A DNA stretch of 58,761 nt, counting the filler, from Ionaspis alba (taxonomy: Eukaryota): the NCBI GenBank assembly GCA_964255285.1. It is 4 parts of 4 records of this genome, joined end to end, with 100 filler letters (N's around TTAATTAATTAA, not from the genome) between each part and the next. Parts side by side here need not be neighbours in the genome. Positions count along the whole stretch, not along the records: positions 1 to 14,627 come from CAXUUL010000409.1; 3 more parts are not named here. The stretch is one strand, 5' to 3'. Below are positions 1 through 13,391 of this stretch, piece by piece. Each line of letters opens with the position of its first letter. The stretch's first letter is position 1. The notes under the pieces were generated by a model. That model ran no database searches. It was not told the origin of the DNA and saw only the letters and a program-made list of their open reading frames with translations. Made by a program: the position numbers and the translations under genes.

Positions 1-374
1 GGGGTGGGGTGTCGGTGTGAGAAGAGGGGGACAACAGGACAACAGGAAGGGGGAGCAAGGGGATGGAGCTGATAGGCGAGCATGGGCAAAGGCCTAGGTC
101 GGGGAGCTTAGGAGTTTCTTCGGTCAAAGATATGATGGATAGATCTGAGCAGAAGTGTTTCCACAAGGTATGGCGTTGGTCAGCACTACCATTCGCTAGA
201 ACTGTCCTGGGAGTAAGGAGCTCTTTTAGCTGGGCATTTGAAGGGGGTTAGGAATTGAGAATGTTGGGTATTGTTCGTCTAAACATTCGCTCATGATGTA
301 CTGCAGGTCGAAGATAGGAATGAAGGAAGAAACGAAGCCGCTCGATGCAAACCAAACTATGCACCCAGGGATAT

Positions 375-2018
375 CTATAAAGTAGCCTCGGATTCCTTGT
401 CCGAGCCCTTATGATGTGAATGAAATCCATGTCGATGGGGTAACGAAGTATCCTCTTTCTTAGTCTCAGCTGGCTTCGTCTTCTTGGTGTCTTTCTTTTC
501 CTCTTTGCCCTTCTTGACTGCTGCATCGGCCATGAGCTGCTCAAAAGCCATATAGTCGCCTTCTTCGTCGGGGTCCCTCTTTGCCTGTCTAAAGGTCAGC
601 TTTGCTAACGGAAAGGTGGGATGAAAAATATGAGACGATAGCAGCATAAGCACAGGACAAGAAGGGATGAAAGCGCTACCTACATTCTGGTAGATTGTGC
701 CTGAGATGACCAAGGCATGAGCTCTTTCTACCCTCTTCTCCATCTTGACGTTTTTGTCGTTCAGTACCTTGTCGCAGACATCTCGAAGAACACCTTGAAT
801 CTCATATCTACTTCCTTTCCAGGCGGCAGCCAATATCTTGCCTGTCACCCGTTTCTCGTACTCTGCCTTCTTCTCATCTGTCCAATCATCACCGCCTTTC
901 TCCTCAGCCTTGGCCATCTCCTCCATCGTGACCTGGGCGTCGATGGCAGTCGATATGGTATTCCACGTCTCTTTCGCTAGAGTGCCTTTCTCCTTTATCC
1001 GCGAAAAGAATCCAGATATTCCCAGAAACTTTTGAGATTTGAGCAATGAGGTCGCTTTCTGCAAATAAGTGTTTCCGATCGCGTGGAGGATCTCGAGACC
1101 GAACGACTCAATCTTGAGATTTTCCACCTCCAACCGGGTTTTCTCCTGAAACGCTTTGGTGACATCGGCACCCTTGTCGGTTTCCGTCCATATACTGATC
1201 CGGTCGAGCAGTTTCTTGGCTAGGGTCTCCACTCTCTCGTCTCGTATCCTCTTTCTCTCGGCCTCGTATGCCGCAAGCTCTTCCCGCTGCTCCTTTGTAA
1301 GACCTCTCTTCTTCTCCTTTTTTCGTAGCTCCTTCTCTTCTGATGTCAGGCCTGCTGCATCCATGCGCGCATCCTCTTCTGATTTGTCCATGATCGCCTG
1401 CTGACCAAATTGCCGCCGTGGTGTTGAGGCCCCTGACGTAGACGAAGCAGTGTCAGCAAATGGTGGCTTCAGATCAGCGGCAGTAGTGGCAGTCAGTGGA
1501 GAGGTGGTCTTGGGTATATGTGTGGCAGTTCCGTCGGCAACAGAAGGTGTATGGGGGACTGCGCCAGATTCTGGTGCGGTGCCCACTGGCGTTGTTGTGC
1601 CCTTTTCGTGAGCATCCAATTTCGCCTTCGCAGATTCGTTGGCTTCATCCTCCTCCATCTGTTTCATGGTAATATCCATGGTCTTGGTTAGGTCCTTCAT
1701 GAGTGAAATCTCTCCTATCAGATCCACAAACGCATCTCCTCCAAATATCATAGTAAAGAACTCTGCTGGATCCTCGAAGCCTCCGCCGGGCATAGCCTGC
1801 TCTTTTCCGAATTTGTCATATTGTTTCCGTAAAGCGTCATTACTGAGGACCTGATAGGCCTCACCGATGGCCTGAAACCGAGCATGAGCACTCTCGTCAT
1901 TGGGGTTCTTGTCTGGATGTGTCGTTATGGCCAGTTTGCGGTAGGCTTTCTTGATCTCGAGCTCCGAAGCCGTTGGTTTCACCCCCAAGGCATCATAATA
2001 GGTCGTATCGACAACCAT
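375..2018 (-). CDS. DnaJ/Hsp40 protein with DnaJ-X domain (Djp1/Caj1-like)
   Basis: N-terminal J domain (YYDALGV...[18 protein letters not shown] motif) and X-domain-like [15 protein letters not shown]. One probable in-frame 99-nt intron at 585-683 (GTAGGT...CTGAC...CAG). Confidence 0.9.
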   Translation of the reverse strand: MVVDTTYYDALGVKPTASELEIKKAYRKLAITTHPDKNPNDESAHARFQAIGEAYQVLSNDALRKQYDKFGKEQAMPGGGFEDPAEFFTMIFGGDAFVDLIGEISLMKDLTKTMDITMKQMEEDEANESAKAKLDAHEKGTTTPVGTAPESGAVPHTPSVADGTATHIPKTTSPLTATTAADLKPPFADTASSTSGASTPRRQFGQQAIMDKSEEDARMDAAGLTSEEKELRKKEKKRGLTKEQREELAAYEAERKRIRDERVETLAKKLLDRISIWTETDKGADVTKAFQEKTRLEVENLKIESFGLEILHAIGNTYLQKATSLLKSQKFLGISGFFSRIKEKGTLAKETWNTISTAIDAQVTMEEMAKAEEKGGDDWTDEKKAEYEKRVTGKILAAAWKGSRYEIQGVLRDVCDKVLNDKNVKMEKRVERAHALVISGTIYQNVGSAFIPSCPVLMLLSSHIFHPTFPLAKLTFRQAKRDPDEEGDYMAFEQLMADAAVKKGKEEKKDTKKTKPAETKKEDTSLPHRHGFHSHHKGSDKESEATL

Positions 2019-2576
2019 CTTGGTATGGTGGGACTGTTACGGAAACGGAACGTAGTCACGGAATATGTGCAAAATTGTTGCGGTTTATAGAAGTAGCAGG
2101 GTCTGAGTCGCAGTTGATCAGTGGGAATCCGGCTGAGTTAGCTGTTATTCCATTCGTTTCAAACGGTCATCATGTCAAAGCTTGTGATTATTCCGCCCAG
2201 AATCCCATCAGGCTTCCCACACTAGGGCTCTATATTTCTCCGATCCCCGCTGCAGGCCAGAATCTTGAAATAAGAGTTGCAGGGATTGCCAATCGTCCGG
2301 TTTTTCGGAGCACGGCAAAACAATGAGCTTGAGCACTCCATATGCGGAGGAACAAGATATTTACGCGGCCCAATTGGTTCAATTTCAAACCATTTTCACT
2401 CCTTTACGACGCAGGTTTCTCGAGGCTGTACATAATTTCGTTCTTTAGATGCATCTAATGTGTTAAGATATTTCGCAGAAGACCGGCAAATAGGCTCTCG
2501 TCCTCAGTGCGCAAAACCCTTTCATTGTACCTAAACTGTTTAGAGAGCAAAGGACGCAACTCCGACACAGATCATC

Positions 2577-4282
2577 ATGGGATTTACTGCAGGACAGATC
2601 TTGTACTATGCAATGCATATGCAGGAGCTGAGAGCCATAATACAATGGTATGCATTCCTTGAAGCTGCTCGAAGAAGATCGTCTCATAGAACATCTAGGA
2701 AAACATGGCATGAGCCTGTTCACACACGAGAGCCTGAGAAGGAGCCCAAGTCACTACAAATATGTTTCGACTTCCTAGACAAGACGAGTCGAAGCTTCAA
2801 CGCTGTCATCCAAGAGCTTCATCCCGAACTACTCGTTCCCGTCGCTTTGTTCTACTTGGTTCTGAGGGGCTTGGACACAATCGAAGATGACATGTCGATT
2901 CCCATCCACATGAAAGAACCACTGCTGAGGGACTTCCATACCATACTCGAGAAAGAAGGTTGGAATTTCGAGGGCAACGGTCCTGACGAGAAAGATCGTG
3001 ATCTACTGGTGCAGTTCAACTATGTTACCGAGGAGTTCAGGAAGATCAAGCCGGCATATCGCACAATCATTAAGGACATCACAAAAGAAATGGGCAATGG
3101 TATGGCAGACTATGCCAATAATGCGGAGCACAACGTCAACGGTGTCAACACTGTTAAAGACTACGATCTGTACTGTCATTACGTCGCTGGACTGGTCGGG
3201 CACGGGCTCACTCGATTGTTTGTGGAGAGCAAGCTTGCAAACCCTGCCCTCCTCGACCGCCCACACCTCTCGGAGTCCATGGGACTCTTCCTACAGAAGA
3301 CGAACATCATTCGGGACATCCGTGAGGACTTCGAGGACAAGCGGAGATTCTGGCCAAAAGAGATCTGGTCCAAGCATGTTGACAAGTTCGAGGAGCTCTT
3401 CGAACCAAAGAACCTCGACAAGGCTCTCAACTGTAGCTCGGAGATGGTTCTAGATGCTCTGCGACACGCGGACGAATGTCTCTTCTACCTTGCAGGTCTG
3501 AAAGAGCAGAGCGTCTTCAACTTCGCTGCGATACCTCAATCTATGGCGATCGCCACACTTGAACTGGTCTTCCGGAATCCGAAGATCTTCAAGCAGAACG
3601 TGAAGATTACGAAAGGTCAGGCCTGTCAGGCTATGCTCAAGTCGACTCAGAACCTTGAGTCGGTGTGCGAAGTATTCAAGCAGTTCACGCAGAAGATTCT
3701 CAAGAAAAACACCCCTCGCGATCCCAACTTCCTTAAGATCAGCATCGCCTGTACAAAGGTACGATAAACTCATTTCCCCCTCCAATGAATGGGATGCTAA
3801 CCAGAGACCAGGTCGAGAGGTTCATTGAATCCATCTACCCATCAGAAAAGTCCAAGGAGTTGGCACTCCGAAATCAACAGCAGCAGCAGCAGGCGCCTGT
3901 ACCTGCGCCTGTGAACGAAAAGACAGCCAAGCAGCTACAAGACGCGAAGGAGGCTAAACAGGATCTTAGTGCGTATATCATTCTCTCCGTTCACATGACG
4001 AAACTTCTAACCATTTCTCCTAGTCTACATGCTCCTGGCCGTGATGGGAGTTCTTTTCTTGTTATCGGCCTTGATGGTAAGTGCGTCGACTCTACATGGT
4101 AGCGAGGCTAATGCTTTTGCACATAGATTGGTATTGCGCATCTAATGGGTGCTCGAATCGACGTCGCCGTCAGCGAACTTGCAAAAGGGCATCTAGGACG
4201 ACCAAATCCCATCCAGGCGAAGGAGATCATCAAAAGCTTCGACCAAGCAAAGAAACACACTTCCGTACGCGGAGAGCTCTAA
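2577..4282 (+). CDS. ERG9: Squalene synthase (farnesyl-diphosphate farnesyltransferase)
   Basis: Motifs [38 protein letters not shown] and [13 protein letters not shown]. Introns at about 2648-2698, 3759-3811 and two more near 3970-4023 and 4077-4126. The C-terminal exons encode a hydrophobic anchor and end ...SVRGEL* (TAA 4280-4282). Confidence 0.95.
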
Positions 4283-5042
4283 TATCTTGTACATATGGCC
4301 TGCATCTTTCTTGCTCTTCTTCGTGGATGTATTTGTACATGAAGCGCTTGCGCATTTACCATTCATCTGTGTCTGAGCGTGCTTGCTGGTCTAGCAAAGA
4401 GTACAATAATGTGAACATTAGAAGCTTTCTGCATCTTGCCTTTCCGTTCCTAGCAAGTGAGTCTTGTCGTTGGATTAGCGAGGTGGTATCGACAAGAAAG
4501 TGGCGCTGTGGCTGCCCGAGCTTAAGCTTATTTGCTAAACTCCTCTGCGAGACCCTCTTTTCGAAGTCATGGTGTCGAATCATTCCGAATTCGATTGACA
4601 TCGAGCATGACAAGAGCCGACGTTGTCGTGCGCGGGAAATTCCGTGCATTGATTCAAATCGTCTTGGCGTAAGTTGTGACTTATCATATGGTTGTCAACA
4701 AATAATTTGGGTTGTGTTTCTCGGTTAGCTCAGCCCTGATACACTTGGGTCTGAACTAAGAGGACGCCGTGCCTCAGCTGTACCATGACCTAACAGTGGC
4801 CATTGCAATTCAGCTGCACACGCGATCTCCACCTCTATCTTTATGGCTTATGGAGGCGTTGTCTGGGATCCTCCGCTTATGGCTGTTCACATCTTACATA
4901 TAAGAGGGAGATCTCTTGTGGAGGAATCATGTAGTTTCATTCTTCTCTCTTTGCAAATTGACCTACTACTTTCTCATCATAGCAGCGTTTTTGACCTCGA
5001 AGAGCATAATTTGCACATTTCAGTTCCAATCCTGTTCACAGG

Positions 5043-6527
5043 ATGGCACTCTCTGTTGATACAATCAATGAATTGAAAGCTTCTCTGAAAGCGTCCACGG
5101 TGCTGACCCCCGAAGATCATTTGTATACCGATAGCCTTAAGCGGTGGAGCAACGCGGCCGTCCAGCCAGCTGTAAGTAGAAGTTGGCATTTGCCTTTGCT
5201 CCACTACCTATCTTCCATGTTTATCACTCTGACACATCCGTAGAGTCTGATCGTCTTTCCCACCACAGCCGAAGACATCTCCACCACCATTCTCTTCGTC
5301 CGGCGCCACTCTCTCGACTTTGTCGTCTGCGGCGGTGGCCACGCCAGCAGCGGTGCCTCCTCCACCACCGGTCTAGTTATCGACCTCTCGAAGATGCGTA
5401 ACGTCTCCGTCTCTACCTCCGACATGACCATCACAGCTCAAGGCGGCTGCATATGGAAAGACATTGACGAAGCCGCTGGCGCTCACGGCCTCGCCACGGT
5501 GGGTGGCACTGTCAATCACACCGGAATTGGCGGTCTTACCCTCGGTGGCGGCTACGGCTGGCTTTCGGGCACCTACGGGATGGTGATTGATAATCTGCTA
5601 TCGGTAGACATGGTCCTTGCAGACGGCAGCCAGGTCACCGCTTCGGAGAAGGAGAACCAAGATCTCTTCTGGGCACTCCGTGGTGCGGGGACTGCTTTCG
5701 GGGTCGCTACTAGCTTTACTTATCGAGCCCATCCTCAGGAGCACCATGTTTGGGCAGGGACCATGATGTGGCCTGTCGCTGCCGCAGAGGCTATTGTAAA
5801 TTTTGGAAACCTGCACGCCGAGTCATCCAAGGGGAATACGGGATTCGCCATTGGCATCACGGCACCTCCCCACTTTGGTGGCGAAGCGGTGATTTTGACT
5901 GCGATCTTCTTCAACGGTAGCCAAGCAGAGGGGGAAAAGGTCTTTGCGCCTCTGTTGGAAATGGAGATCAAACCGCTTCATAATGCTATGTCTGAAAGGC
6001 CATACTTCGAGGTTAATAGCATGTTGAACGCCGCGGCTGGGCATGGATTCCGGAGAGTGACCAAGGGCACGACTTTCAGCACACCCTTCTCACCGAGTCA
6101 CTTCATGACTTTGCTGAACGAGTTCAAGACCCTAGCGGAGCGCTTTCCGGAAGCAGGCTCTTCGCTTATTATACTTGAGTACTATCACACGGACAAAATC
6201 TGTGCGGTCGAGCAGACAGCGACCGCGTTTGCCAATAGGGGCAGGTATCAAAATGCGGTGATTGTGCCGACTTGGAACAACGAGGAGCTGGACGGCCAGA
6301 TGAGACTCTGGGCCAGGATGATGGCTGAGAGGGTTAGAGAAGGGAGTAGGAAGGAGAAAGGAGACGGTGTTGGTGAGTATGCCAATTATGATGCGTTGGG
6401 GGAGAAGGCGGAAAAAGTTTATGGTCAGAATTATGAGAGGCTGGTCGAGCTGAAGAGGAGGTATGATTCCGAGAATGTGTTTGCGAAGTCTGTCGGGCTA
6501 TTCCCTACTGTCAAGGTTATGAATTAG
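5043..6527 (+). CDS. FAD-linked oxidoreductase, BBE-like / 6-hydroxy-D-nicotine-oxidase-like
   Basis: After intron 5172-5243 the frame gives VCGGGH (His for covalent FAD), GTVNHTGIGGLTLGGGYG, DLFWALRGAG and a C-terminal BBE-type YGQNYERLVELKRRYD. Confidence 0.88.
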
Positions 6528-8074
6528 TTGGAGGGGTGTAGCACGGAACGGGATATTAAGCAAATCGTCTCTTATGATTGACTGTTCGTGCTAAATCTGA
6601 TGTTCTTCGCTTTGCATTCCACTCTTCTCCGTATCTAGTGCGTAGTATATTGTATTCGATCGAAGCATGTGTGCACAACCACAAGTCAAGCCAGCCAGAC
6701 AGACCGAAGTAGGGAAATATTCTTGCGTCGTCAGTATAGACAAAGGGCACCAGAGTGATATAAGCACAGCTTCGGCACAACAGAGCCATCGTATAAAAGG
6801 GGCTAAGCTGCAATTTGACATGTGTGCTGGACGCCTGACTGCGGGGTTCAGTCGACGCTTTAACGTGAGGAAGCAGGCTCGTCGGTTGCTGTAGAGGCAG
6901 CGTGGCTGAGCATGCCAACTCTCCAATAGAGAAGGGACTATGAAAAGCAGTCGAGATTCCGAGGCGCTGAGATGAACAGTATACGGTCTTGTTATGTTTC
7001 CAAGGATTGCTAGAACTCTCGTGCATAGCAAATACGAAGGGCTCCAGACCAAAGACAGCAGACCGACAGCTCACTGAAGAGCCTGCCGACAGTGCGGGGA
7101 GTTGTTCATCTAACAAATCTGGTTCGAATCTGTGGGGGTCAAACTGTTTTCCAAGGATCCTCTCCCCCAAAGCTTTTTTATAGCCATAAGCACTATTGCT
7201 TCATGGGAACTCTATGACTGTCCTACCAGGCATGAGAAGAAAAGCAGAATTAGAGCCACACTGGGTGGTCCAACAATCAAGGGTGGAAGAGCAATCGGAG
7301 CCATGGGTGGTGGAATGGAACTCTCTTGCGTGCTGAGCAAGAGGAACCACTCTCGCCCACAGAACAAGTAGATTACAGGGTATGTGAGAAATGATACCCA
7401 TGGACACCCGCAGTAACAGCTGCAATGGGCACAATCTTTTAAAAGATTAGGAGCCTGAGCAAACAAATGGTTGATAATGCACAGATCAAAAGATACGCAG
7501 AGCCTTTGTGCAATCCCGCAATAAAAAGCTGGCTAAAGACCGGCAACGAGATTCTGAGCCCATCGGACAGAGCAAGATACAATAGAAGATCGGATACTCT
7601 ATCTATCAACTCTTCGACAGCACAACAGATGGTAATTATGTGTTGAAAGAGTCAAATCCATCTTCGTGCACGGCAAGAGCAGATGAGTTCAGAAAAAAAG
7701 GAATTGAGCAGGGGCGCGAGCGCTAAAGTCAGTCCCCCGAACATTCCACGGTTGTATGTCATCGCCGACTCTCATCCACGAATCTTCTGTCATTCATTCC
7801 ATTACTCGCAATCTGTCCAAACGCCGCAAGATCATCCCATGTATCGAGTCCTTTTGTTGAGAGAGAATTTATCACACCAATCTGCAAGGCAAAGACCTCC
7901 CGAGATTCTTATCAAGTCAATCGCGGAAAGCCTGAATTGAGGGTACACGTGTGTGGGAACGCCGGGGATGATGCACTGCCTTCACCTGTGAACATTCAGC
8001 CTGAGCCACTTATATATAGCATTCACCTCATCTGCGACAACACTTCACAGGCGATCACGTCTTCGGTGTTTGTC

Positions 8075-9793
8075 ATGATGCTCACCGATTTACCCACGTC
8101 TCTCCCGACCGCAATCACGGCATGCTCTTCGCGTCTCTCCAAATCCCCTAAAGATTCTACATGGCTGTCTCGCCCTCTTCCATACCATTCTCCTAAGCCG
8201 GGAAGACCTCACACAATTCATTCTGAGTACGACAAACCAGAAGAAATGTCTGCTACCTCAGGCTCATCGGAACCTCCATCCCAGCCCCAGGCCGTTCAGA
8301 ACCACGAGCCTGGAGCCGGCTTACAAGATCTGCCCGAGGAGATTCAGCAGAGCATTCTAGATATTCTGATGGGTACTCTGGGTTCGATCTCTTCGTCTGC
8401 CGTGGACAAGACGCATGCCATGCGAAACTGGAGCAGCGCCATGCGCCATCCTCGTTGCAGGCAACTGTCAGATCTCACGTTGGTCTCAGGAACCTGGCGA
8501 CGCATGATACAGGAGAGGCTCTACAGGCATATCAAGATTAAGGGCACACAAGCAGGATTGGAAGAATGTGCAGACTGGTTTCTGACAAACATTCACCTAC
8601 AGCAATATGTCCGGCACATTGAGATATGGGTCCCGGTATGGGAGCGTCGTGCGGGACAGTTTCCACAGTTCACTGAACTATCGGGCAACATGACATACGA
8701 ACAACATGAAATATCGCATAACGTCCTGGCTGTCACAACCATCGCAACTCCCAATCGTCGGAACTCTCAGGAGGTGGAAAATATCAATCAAGCATACAAG
8801 TTGGCATCGTCCAATGCTACCTTGGACGAGATATTTGCTTGCACAAGCTGTCTCTTCCCTGAGGTGTGCATTTTGACTATTGAGGGCGGTCACTGCAAGA
8901 AACCACCCATGATCAGGCAATTCCGAGAGAACAAAAAGTCGCCATTACCACAAAGGCTCTCAAGACTCCCAAGTATCAGAACCCTTGTTCTAAAAGGTGC
9001 TTGGAACCTGCTGCGCGAGCAGTCAGACTTCGACATAATTGCCTCGGCTTTGCCCAACATCCGAGAATGGCATTGCACGTACTCCAAGCCGAAAACAAAA
9101 GCTTACCATACTATCTGCAGCGTCATCCGCCACTTCCCGCAAAGCATCACCCATCTCAATATCTGCTTGGAAGGATTCTACAGCAAGGAAATCACGCCCG
9201 CAGCCAAGATGCGTGTCTTGCAGCTCGAGCATCACCTCTGCAGAGACCTCGGTCGAATCATTCCACAGCTTGAGGCTCTTACCTTTACAGGACGCGTGTG
9301 TCACACTCTATTCACCTCTGCCATCGAAGCTGCTGTGGACGTTCGCAAACCGAGGCTCAAATCGCTCGATTTGGTGGTCAAGAATTGCTGTCGTGACATT
9401 GATGCCTTCAATGATGGTACAGGCATTCACAATGGCACCTTCATCCATGCTTTCGAAACCCTCGTCATCAGCGGTGTGCGATCACTTCTCTCCTATCCTG
9501 AGCTGAACTTTCTGCGCATCCGTTTCATTGATCTGGACGCCCCTTGTCCTTTGCTGAATCCTTACTTTCAGCTTCAACATAGGAGATGTACCGGTTTGTG
9601 GAACGAAGAGATCTTAGATATCATTGGCAGGGCTCGACCGCTCGCAGCCTATGCTGAACTGGCTGAGGGTCTTGGGATGCAGGGATTGGACAAGGAGGGT
9701 AGAGTTGTTCTTGGATGGCCACTTCAGCGGCCTCGGAGCATCAAGATTGGGAGCTATGCTGCCTTTGAGGAAGGAGGAACGCAACCCCAGTGA
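8075..9793 (+). CDS. Conserved fungal protein with F-box-like motif and LRR-like C-terminal region
   Basis: Long intronless ORF. LQDLPEEIQQSILD...LVSGTWRRMIQERLYRHI resembles an F-box, followed by repeated LxxL segments. Start ambiguous (ATG 8075 or 8246). Confidence 0.65.
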   Translation: MMLTDLPTSLPTAITACSSRLSKSPKDSTWLSRPLPYHSPKPGRPHTIHSEYDKPEEMSATSGSSEPPSQPQAVQNHEPGAGLQDLPEEIQQSILDILMGTLGSISSSAVDKTHAMRNWSSAMRHPRCRQLSDLTLVSGTWRRMIQERLYRHIKIKGTQAGLEECADWFLTNIHLQQYVRHIEIWVPVWERRAGQFPQFTELSGNMTYEQHEISHNVLAVTTIATPNRRNSQEVENINQAYKLASSNATLDEIFACTSCLFPEVCILTIEGGHCKKPPMIRQFRENKKSPLPQRLSRLPSIRTLVLKGAWNLLREQSDFDIIASALPNIREWHCTYSKPKTKAYHTICSVIRHFPQSITHLNICLEGFYSKEITPAAKMRVLQLEHHLCRDLGRIIPQLEALTFTGRVCHTLFTSAIEAAVDVRKPRLKSLDLVVKNCCRDIDAFNDGTGIHNGTFIHAFETLVISGVRSLLSYPELNFLRIRFIDLDAPCPLLNPYFQLQHRRCTGLWNEEILDIIGRARPLAAYAELAEGLGMQGLDKEGRVVLGWPLQRPRSIKIGSYAAFEEGGTQPQ

Positions 9794-10184
9794 CGACTTT
9801 GATGAACCATTTATTCGTGTTCTCTCCAGGGCAGGGCAATGAGGGGAACGTTTCGCAAAGACAACATCGGCGCATATTTCATGTGGTTTCCGGGCATTCG
9901 ACGGAGGGTGGATTTATGGTCTTCGGTCATGTTGGTGTATCGGAGGGAGTAATGTTGCATCACGCTGGCGTATTTAAGAGGATATACCCCCTTTGCTCTC
10001 TCACTGGCTTAGTATAGGCGTTCTTTCCTTTCACTTGCTTTCCTCTCAATTTCAGATAGAGAAAAGTCGTCAATCAATCATGGCATTGAAATTTTATTGT
10101 CCTTTTAATCTGACCTTCCGATGCTCTCGACAAGAGGTTCGAATAATTCATCAGGAACTACCACCCATTATCATTGTCGCTGAC

Positions 10185-11582
10185 TCATCGATTTGATTCG
10201 AGCTTCTCCCCTGTCTCTATCACCTGCTTATCTCCAGTCCTCCTTGCTCCGACGTCCCCGACAATCACTCCCAATATCCACATATTGACGGCGTAGAATA
10301 GCAGCGCACTTCCCCACAGTCCAGGTAAAAACGTGCTTTCTCCTAGAAACTCCAACCGGTACCCTTGTTGCAGCCACAACGCCTGCGCTCCTACCCACAA
10401 CCCCAGAGCCGTAAGACCGAGGCGAGGCGAGGCAATAAAGGACGAATAAGGGAGATAGAGTGGGAGAAGCACTAAATACCAGAGAAAATACTGTGAGGCG
10501 GTCAGTCTACCCGTACAATCTCATTAGAGATGAGCAAAGCAACATCGACACACCTGACTTGTGCACACTTTGTTCAGAGCCACAAACGCCCACGTCTGCG
10601 CTAGCATTGCTCCAGGTAGATCTTTCTTCGCCAGCGCGAGGGGAATGAGAACCGCGGAGAGTAAGAGCTGAGGAATGAAGGCTAAGGATTCAAAGGAGAG
10701 GCGAGAACGGCTATCGACATTGATAGCACTGTTCGCCGAAGAAAGATAGAGTAGCGTGTTGTAGGAGGAAAAGTTGTGCCGGTGGTCGATCCGTGTCAAA
10801 TGGTGTAGGAAGGTGTGCTGCAGAAAGTCATGGCCATACAGAGTGTACATGAGGGCGTTGAGAGCTGTGAAGGTAGCCAGAGATGTAAGAGAAAGAACGA
10901 TACGCCGCCTGTTCAGGAAGTACCTGATCTGAAAGGCAAAACTGGTGTTTTGATATTGTGACGACGATTGTATAATGGGTGCTTCGAGGTACAATAGCAA
11001 TGAAGGCGCGTAGATAAAAGGATAGATCTTGAAATGCACTGCTAGCCCTAGCAGAATACCAGCCAGCGTAGTTCGCTGCCTCGTTACTGCCCATAACAAC
11101 GCCATGACCATAACGCCCAACAGACCTTCCGAACTTCCCCTAGTGCTAATAGTAGCAACCATGGGATTCAGCAACCAGATACTGGCAAATTTCAGACTCC
11201 TCTTCAAGCTCATTTTCCCACCAATAGGCGAATGGAGAACAAGCACAATCAGCCATCCGGCAACGATGTCGGCAACGCTGAAAACAATCTTGCCAAAGGA
11301 GAACCAGAAAGTTCCGGGCCATGCTGTGGGCAAGAGCAGCCAGGCGAGTAGAGGCGTGTAGCGGTAGGTCTCCCGGTCGTATGGGGAGTGGCCTCGTGAG
11401 ACATAGCGAGCGGCGTCAGTGAATACGAGGTAGTCTATGTCGGTATATTTCAGAGGCGAGTAAGCGTCTTGAAGGAGGCCGTAGATGAGGAGCACGAGGC
11501 GGAGGAGTATAGCTGAGACAAAGACCGTTGTTGTTGTAAAGCAAATAGCGTTCTTGCTCGTACTCTGGGAGGCTTTTGCCAT
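10185..11582 (-). CDS. GPI14: GPI alpha-1,4-mannosyltransferase I (PIG-M)
   Basis: Motifs KYTDIDY (DXD), RETYRYTPLLAW, ISTRGSSE, HFKIYP, DHRHNFS and NKVCTSQ|YFLWY across intron 10491-10553; polytopic membrane protein. Confidence 0.95.
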
Positions 11583-11950
11583 GTTCTATTTGCAGAGCGA
11601 AGTACACTTCACAGACCACCACTTGAAAGATTTTTTATGGCACTATTTTGAATGACATTGAGACGGACAGAAACATGACGCTTGAATCAACAACTCAACT
11701 AAACGACGCATGGAACATCAGCAAGAAAAGAGACGTCTAAGAATCTTATTTCAGACAGCAGGCTCTGCGATATCTTCAGCGCACTCTTTGCAAACATGGA
11801 GTTTACCGGTCACATCGACAATTATTATTGCTAGGCTAGCTAGGGAAGTTCTGGCGAGACGCTACGACGAAGCCTTTTGTCTAAGGAAAGCTATTCGTCA
11901 TAGCCCGCTCGGCATCCCTCCTAAACACAAACAATCGGCATCACCAATCG

Positions 11951-12941
11951 ATGGCAGGATCCAAACGCACCTTCTCTGGCAACCCCAAAACAATGCCGCC
12001 GCCACAGTCCTCTAGCTCCCCCTACATGCCAATGTTCGAGACCTTTCGCAGCGAACTAGATGAACACCATGACCGTCGTGAGCGTATCATCAAAGCATCC
12101 AGGGACACCACAGCCTTGAGTAAGAAGATGTGAGCCCGATCTCGCTGACCTTTCCGGGCTATCCGTTATGGATATGCTTATAGAAGCTTAGGATCTTCTC
12201 CCTCCAGCGGTATGCCTACAATGCTATCCCAAACCCAGCCAAGACACTCATGCCTCCTGCCCCATTAGAGCTCCCAACCTCGCCCAACCCCTTCCTGCCT
12301 CCATTTCCACCGAAAACACTCCCCGCCTCGCCACAATAACATCTCTCCTGACCTCCCTTGTTCCCGATCTGCAAAACCTCAATGCCTGGCGCTATCGGTG
12401 GCAAATTTCTCCCGGCCTTCAAGAGCTCGTCGAAGCGCTCTCCTTTCAGCATTACCTCACCACACAACAGCTCCTCACATGGCAGGAAGCCCAAGCTGCG
12501 GTGCCAGAAGGCGTGCTCGTGACGGAGGAAGACTATGTACTCGGCTTGTTCGATCTGGTGGGAGAGGTGATGCGGTTCGCGATCACGAACATGGCTACCA
12601 ACGGCAAGGTACCTGGAAGGGGCAGTTCTAACACGACGACTACGTTGGAAATACAGATAGATTCGCCAGAAACGTCGTCTAAGGAAGAGGCACAGGACTC
12701 AGGGGGAGGGGATATCGTGACTGATCTCCGAACTCTTCGTGCCTGCTTCGAAGCCCTGGACACGAAAGGCGGAATACTGGAATGGGGTGTAGCAAAGAAG
12801 ATGGATGTTATGAAGACTTGTGTGGAGAAAGTCGAGAATGCCGTTTATGGGATGATTGTGAGGGGTAGGGAGAGGCCGAAGGGGTGGGTGATGGATTCCA
12901 GAGGCGAGGATAGGCCGCCGGAGCCTGTGGAGAGCTATTGA
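11951..12941 (+). CDS. Translin-associated factor X (TRAX), translin family
   Basis: FRSELDEHHDRRERIIKASRD.TALSKK, an 18-nt exon giving IFSLQR between two introns, EDYVLGLFDLVGEVMRFAI and KVENAVYGMIVRGRERP. Confidence 0.85.
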
Positions 12942-13391
12942 TGAAGGTGGCGTTGGGAGGAGATCTCCAGTAAGGGAGAGCTTCCTCAATAGAGAGGGCT
13001 TTTGGTTGGATGTGAAGGTCTTGCTTCCTACTTTGGCTTGGTGGGCTAACTACGAGTTGTTCTAGCACTTGATGGAGCGGGACTTGGTGCTCACGAATAG
13101 ATGATATCCTTAGCTAGTTGGTGTAGGAAAAAGCTCTTGTGGTATCCATTCATAGTCCATTTGCTCTAACTGCTTCCTGTGGCGAGGACCCCTGGCCCCT
13201 TTCGCAGCAATCAACTGTTGAGTCGTTCCAGACCATTTCCACCCATAAAATACCCATCCCTCATGCCTTTTCGTCGGGACTCAATCCACTAGGTTACCTT
13301 CATCCTTTGCAGCCTATCCCCATTGCTCCCATGATTCCTTTTGTAACCCCTCCTTACCCAACCCACAACCCTTCCACCTATAACAAGATCT

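Noticed and set aside
2019..2576. Sterol-response-like TCGTTT and CCAAT motifs upstream of ERG9
   Set aside because: Too short to distinguish from chance without conservation or binding data.
2577..6527. ERG9 plus flavo-oxidase as a terpenoid secondary-metabolite cluster
   Set aside because: ERG9 looks like the housekeeping enzyme; no cyclase, P450, transporter or pathway regulator lies nearby.
6556..7466. Several 60-200 aa ORFs in the intergenic region
   Set aside because: No domain motifs, mostly non-AUG starts and mutually overlapping on both strands.
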